62,448 bases of DNA, taken from contig JAIRXA010000042.1 in assembly GCA_031268525.1 (NCBI GenBank), positions 1 through 62,448 on the forward strand. Reading direction: 5' to 3'. A program made the position numbers and the translations under genes. Shown here one piece after another: positions 58,463 through 62,448 of this stretch (within the stretch, counting starts at the first letter, position 1; the number at the start of each line of letters is the position of its first letter). The notes beneath the pieces are model-generated. The model did not search any database. It was not told the DNA's origin and worked only from the letters and a program-made list of their open reading frames with translations. Source of the DNA: Coriobacteriales bacterium (lineage in GTDB: Bacteria; Actinomycetota; Coriobacteriia; Coriobacteriales; UBA8131).

Positions 58463-58762
58463 TCAGATGCGTTTGGCCTCAAACTTGCACTTGCCTACCG
58501 CCATCTTGGCGATGCCACTCATCGAGTCGCCCTCGACCTTGCCGGTCAGCGTAAAGGTAAAGCTCCCCATGGCTGGTACCGGAAAATCCACCTTGAACCT
58601 GAAGTCGTCTCCGCTGACGCTTCCCTCATAGATCTCGGTATTCCAACCGCTCTCCGCGCTGAACTTGCCTGTCAGCGCCTCGCCGTCCTCGACCGCCTCA
58701 AAAACCACAATCTTGGCGCCCATGGGCGAATGCAGTACCATATCCCATTTTCCTGCAAGCAT
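58463..58762 (-). CDS. Hypothetical small beta-rich protein, 99 aa
   Basis: Begins 19 nt after the stop of the 904-aa gene, with RBS gaggag. No motif recognised. Alternating hydrophobic pattern (FRFKVDFPV, FTFTLTGKVEG). Confidence 0.55.
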   Translation of the reverse strand: MLAGKWDMVLHSPMGAKIVVFEAVEDGEALTGKFSAESGWNTEIYEGSVSGDDFRFKVDFPVPAMGSFTFTLTGKVEGDSMSGIAKMAVGKCKFEAKRI

Positions 58763-58781
58763 TTTGGATCCTTTCTCCTCG

Positions 58782-61496
58782 TCAGATCAACAATGTCAAA
58801 TCGCCTGCCGGATAGGTCACGCAGGGATGGATATACCCATAGCGCATGTCCGACTTGCGTAAACTCGCGAGTCCCGGGTGGAATACCTCGCCATCCATGA
58901 GCCTTGAGCGACAGACGCCACACTCACCGCTACGGCAGTGATTCTTCTTGGTGATCCCGGCCTTTTCGAGCGCGAACAGGATCGATTCGCCTGCGACCGC
59001 TGGTAGACTGCGGCCATCCGTAAGTGTGATGGTGAACACATCGTCCGGATTGATGCCCTGCGGCCAACCCGCCAGCTTCCAGGGCTCTTTGGGCGCCGAC
59101 GGTACTTCCTTGCGAATCTTTCGCCGCGCTACCTCGAGCTTCTCGAGTTCGGGGACCACGAAATCATACATCGCCTGTGGCCCGCAGAGGAAGAGGGTGT
59201 AATCCTGTGGATCGCCGAGCTCCTCTTTGATGAGCTCGGCCGTGATGAACCCGGTACGGACGTGTGAAGCCATGTCCACTTCCGGTTCCGAAATGACGGG
59301 CACCAGACGGAAGTTCTCGCGTACTGCGGCGAGCTTCTCAAGCCTGTCCACAAAGATCACGTCGTCCTCTTTTGCGCAGCCGTAGAGCAACACGATCTCC
59401 TCGTCATCGGAAAACTTCTCAGAGTCTGTTTCAAGCATACTCATGAACGGTGTGATGCCGCTGCCTCCTGCTATGAAGCACAGTTTCCTGCCATGCACCG
59501 GCCTGAAGCGATAGAAGGTGCCCAGCGGCCCCGTGGACGTCAAGACGTCTCCAACCTTGAGATCGTTCAGGAGGAAATCGGATACGAACCCGTCCTTACT
59601 CTCGCGCACCGTTATCTCATAGAAACCACGCTCTGTCTCCGGAGACGAGATGCTGTAGGCGCGACTGGTATGGATGCCCTTGACACAGACACTCAGATTC
59701 AGGTACTGGCCGGCTACGAAAGGCGGAATGTAGCCATCTACCGGCGCGAGCTTGATCGACTTGGCGCTTGCCGTCTCGGTGCGGATGGCAACAACCTTGA
59801 GCTTGATGCTGTCGGGGTGAAGGGTATTGACCTCGTTACGAACCTTGCCCTTACGAACGCGATGGTCGAAATTGTAGGTCCGCCCTACTTCCAGCTCAGC
59901 CATGATCTTGTCGTAGTGCTTCATCTTGCTGAAGTCATGCCTGACCGGGTGCACGCCCTCCCGCATATCCTTGAGAACGACACGGGCCGCCGTGTAGCCG
60001 CCCATGAAGGTCGTGTGGAATCCACCAAACATGAATGACGCGCCACAGAAATACAGTCCACCTATCGGCGACCGGGCATCCAGTTTGGAGGCGATGAGGT
60101 CCTTCATGTGGCTGTCTACGCCATAGATACCGCCATTGATCGACCCAATGTAACGCTGGAGCGTCATCGGCGTAAAGATCTCGATCTCCTCGATGTGGTC
60201 TTTGACCTCAGGATAGAAATCGTAGAAGTAATCGAGCATCTTCTCAGCGTACTTGAATTTGACGTCGTGGTACTGCTCCGGCGGGTACTCGACAAAGGGA
60301 TCGGTGACCTTACTTGTCAGAACCGTCAGCACACAGGTGCCCTCTTCACTGTAATCGGGGTCATCGATATTGTAGACGGACACATACTCCAGGGGCACGT
60401 AATCGAGTTGCCTGAGGTTGTACTCGTAGCGCTGTGGCTTCATGGTTCCCGGAGCGGGCATCAAAAAGCTCGTTGCGTTCTCCAGCCCGACCTCCTCGGC
60501 CGTGCAGTCCAGCCCAATGTTCATGCCGAAGATACCCTGACTGGGATTGGATACGCGCAGGTCGGCGTAGAGATCCTCCGGCACCAGATCATTGTCGATC
60601 AGGTCGATGTAGGCATTGATCCTGCCCACGTTACAGAGTACGACCGGTGCATGGAAGGTCTCGCCGGATTCCGTCTCCACGCCCTTGACGATGTTATCCT
60701 CGACTATGATCTTCTTTACGCGGGTGTTCAGCTTCAGAGTGCCACCCAGATCGATGAAGGTATTGGTCACCGCGGCGGTCATCGACGCCGAGGTGCCCTT
60801 GACGTTCCAGGAGCCGCCTGTGCGCTCATACAGTGCCGCGAGTATGGGGAAGGGGATCCGCTCGATGGGGATGCCGAGATAGCCGTACAGGCATTGGTAG
60901 ACACCCTTGAGCATCGCGTTTTCGAAATATTTGTTGAGCATCTCCAAGCCTGTGACCTGACCATACTCAAACAGGCAGGGAAACTCCTCCTGAGTGATGG
61001 GCCTGTCTTCGGCAACAAAGTCGTAGAGCCGCATGAACTCCAGACCGGTACGCTCAACCAGATCCTGATACTGAGCGATTGCCTCTTTCTCGGTGTTGAA
61101 GAAGTCCTGAAGTTCACCGACAAAGCCCTCGCGAGTATTGGGCAGGGCGATCTCGCCCATGCCCTTGAAGGCGAGCCTGAAGGCCTCTTCCTGCGGCACG
61201 AACTCGATCTTGTCCCAGACCCCCAGAGTCTCGAACAGGCGTCTGAGATAGCCCTTTTCACCCGTGTAGATATCGCCGACGCCATAGAGCTGGTGTAAGC
61301 CTGTCTCAAACTCGAAGCGCCCACGCACGAAGGAGGAGCCACATCCACCTGTGATGTCGTGCTGCTCCAACAGGAGCGTCTTCTTTCCCGCCTTCTGTAG
61401 CGTCAGTGCTCCCGCGTTGCCACCGTTGCCAGCTCCGATAACGATGACGTCATACTCTGTTTCCATCAAAGCAATCACCTCCGATTTCTCTTCCAA
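58782..61496 (-). CDS. Fusion protein: CrtI/phytoene-desaturase-like FAD oxidoreductase + FNR-type flavin reductase + plant-type [2Fe-2S] ferredoxin
   Basis: The N-terminus has YDVIVIGAGNGGNAGA...LLEQHDITGGCG, and the CrtI-like region runs about 530 aa. The middle has RAYSISS (RxYS) and FIAGGSGITP. The C-terminus has CRSGECGVCRSRL...29 aa...C (Cx4Cx2Cx29C). Confidence 0.8.
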   Translation of the reverse strand: MEEKSEVIALMETEYDVIVIGAGNGGNAGALTLQKAGKKTLLLEQHDITGGCGSSFVRGRFEFETGLHQLYGVGDIYTGEKGYLRRLFETLGVWDKIEFVPQEEAFRLAFKGMGEIALPNTREGFVGELQDFFNTEKEAIAQYQDLVERTGLEFMRLYDFVAEDRPITQEEFPCLFEYGQVTGLEMLNKYFENAMLKGVYQCLYGYLGIPIERIPFPILAALYERTGGSWNVKGTSASMTAAVTNTFIDLGGTLKLNTRVKKIIVEDNIVKGVETESGETFHAPVVLCNVGRINAYIDLIDNDLVPEDLYADLRVSNPSQGIFGMNIGLDCTAEEVGLENATSFLMPAPGTMKPQRYEYNLRQLDYVPLEYVSVYNIDDPDYSEEGTCVLTVLTSKVTDPFVEYPPEQYHDVKFKYAEKMLDYFYDFYPEVKDHIEEIEIFTPMTLQRYIGSINGGIYGVDSHMKDLIASKLDARSPIGGLYFCGASFMFGGFHTTFMGGYTAARVVLKDMREGVHPVRHDFSKMKHYDKIMAELEVGRTYNFDHRVRKGKVRNEVNTLHPDSIKLKVVAIRTETASAKSIKLAPVDGYIPPFVAGQYLNLSVCVKGIHTSRAYSISSPETERGFYEITVRESKDGFVSDFLLNDLKVGDVLTSTGPLGTFYRFRPVHGRKLCFIAGGSGITPFMSMLETDSEKFSDDEEIVLLYGCAKEDDVIFVDRLEKLAAVRENFRLVPVISEPEVDMASHVRTGFITAELIKEELGDPQDYTLFLCGPQAMYDFVVPELEKLEVARRKIRKEVPSAPKEPWKLAGWPQGINPDDVFTITLTDGRSLPAVAGESILFALEKAGITKKNHCRSGECGVCRSRLMDGEVFHPGLASLRKSDMRYGYIHPCVTYPAGDLTLLI

Positions 61497-61752
61497 GGGT
61501 CATGATAGTGACCTTGGACCTCTGCCTCGAGCTGCCTGGCAAGCTCATTAAACGTATCTTTGCCCTACTGAATATGTTCAGATTACCCGGATGAAATCTG
61601 CCCCGCTGGACAGCAACATACAGCCTCTACCAACTGGAGAGTCAAGCTGGTGGATTCTCTTGTCTCGTTCTGGTTCTGCCTGGCGCAGGGAAGCAAACAG
61701 GGGAAACGACCCTGTGGCAGCGCCTTATCTCTGGGACCGCACGGGAGACTGG

Positions 61753-62448
61753 CTACCCACGAATCCGCTGGGGCTTCAGGAAGATAGACGTCTCGAGTAG
61801 ATAATCATCAGAACTCATCGCATGAAGCTCGTTGATCGGATATATCTGATAGATAGGCCCCTTCAGATCGAGAGCCTGATTTTCGGCAAAGGTCTTCAGG
61901 CGCGCTGGGAGTTCACCCACCGAGCCATACCCACCGCGCTGATAGGTAAGCAGGTATTGGCCGGCAGGGCTCTTATCCCTGCCGTCCGGGTCGATGAGGA
62001 AAAACCGAGTCGGGCGAGAGGGGCTTGCGCAGAAGTCTTCAAAGCTGTTGAAATAACCACCGATCGGGTAGGACTTGTTCAGCTTGAACTTCGTGGCAAA
62101 ACGATAGAATTTCGCAAACCCACGGTAATAGTCCTCTTCACCCTGGAAATCGTTTATGGGGCCCAGAGTTATTCGCCTGCTCTCGCGGTACTCGAAAACA
62201 ATATCCTGTTCGTTTCGCGGTATCGCGTCCTGAAGAAGAAAGCGCAGGGTGCCGATGAGCGTCAGAGCATCGCATACCTTTCGCAATTCGCTGTTAAGCT
62301 GACGCTCCTGACTTGAAAACAGCTGGGTGATGCTCTCGATGTTTCGCTTCTGCACCAGGGCTTTGATTTCCTTGAGGGGTATCTTCATATTACGCAAGGT
62401 ATCGATAAGCTTGACCATCTGTATCTGTTCGAGTTGATAATAGCGATA
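61753..62448 (-). CDS. MerR-family regulator with GyrI-like C-terminal domain (N-terminus beyond the right edge)
   Basis: The frame stays open to the window end: YRYYQLEQIQMVKLIDTLRNMKIPLKEIKALV is the end of a MerR HTH plus dimerisation helix. The C-terminal effector-binding-like domain follows. Confidence 0.75.
   Translation of the reverse strand, partial: YRYYQLEQIQMVKLIDTLRNMKIPLKEIKALVQKRNIESITQLFSSQERQLNSELRKVCDALTLIGTLRFLLQDAIPRNEQDIVFEYRESRRITLGPINDFQGEEDYYRGFAKFYRFATKFKLNKSYPIGGYFNSFEDFCASPSRPTRFFLIDPDGRDKSPAGQYLLTYQRGGYGSVGELPARLKTFAENQALDLKGPIYQIYPINELHAMSSDDYLLETSIFLKPQRIRG

Noticed and set aside
60108-61298. 396-aa plus-strand ORF
   Set aside because: It lies entirely antisense to the motif-rich 904-aa gene. 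It has no recognisable motifs and a skewed Arg/Leu/Val/Gly composition, typical of shadow ORFs in high-G+C DNA.

Overview
This 62.4-kb window is high-G+C chromosome. Gene content suggests a Coriobacteriia / Eggerthellaceae-like actinobacterium: Tat-exported flavin reductases with LuxR regulators, PucR and MerR regulators, and an mreBCD-pbp2-rodA cluster. That placement is an inference, not a database result. The backbone is ordinary housekeeping. It holds secD(partial)-tgt-queA-queH, a CPBP protease, csp, pcrA, DAHP synthase plus chorismate mutase, and a tightly packed 11-kb minus-strand run (TPR, mreB, mreC, mreD, PBP2, rodA, DUF697-like, radical SAM, DUF2344, rlmH). It also holds PPIase, tRNA-Arg, ferredoxin, GNAT, DmpA-type peptidase, hydrolase, GT2+glf, pta/ackA, HIT, xseBA, YugP-like peptidase, RNase D, a lipid kinase and a BaiN-like flavoprotein. 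Three accessory stretches stand out. (1) A visibly lower-G+C island of about 12.8 kb (about 9.4-22.2 kb) lies between chorismate mutase and rlmH. It encodes a PucR-type regulator whose N-terminus is split by a 12-nt poly-C tract, two MDR dehydrogenases, a GcvT-like folate-binding protein next to a 441-aa Cys-rich protein I cannot assign to any family, three tandem MFS paralogs and a VOC protein. An orphan double-glycine-leader peptide gene sits at its left edge. (2) A 3.6-kb islet is bracketed by an intact tRNA-Val and a diverged copy of its 3' half. It carries an AbrB/PIN toxin-antitoxin pair, a very AT-rich two-gene module (151 aa + 349-aa multi-TM protein) and an internally deleted flavoprotein, but no integrase. 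(3) The right end holds a LuxR + Tat-lipoprotein flavin reductase pair, a three-gene membrane module, and tRNA-Cys/Gly. It also holds a 904-aa fusion of a CrtI-like flavoenzyme to an FNR + 2Fe-2S reductase module, preceded and followed by MerR/GyrI-like regulators. All calls come from reading the translated ORFs and the DNA by eye; no searches or computations were run, and G+C statements are visual estimates. The ORF track's leading M sometimes stands for GTG/TTG starts, and I trimmed several ORF-track starts where the extension overlaps a neighbouring gene.
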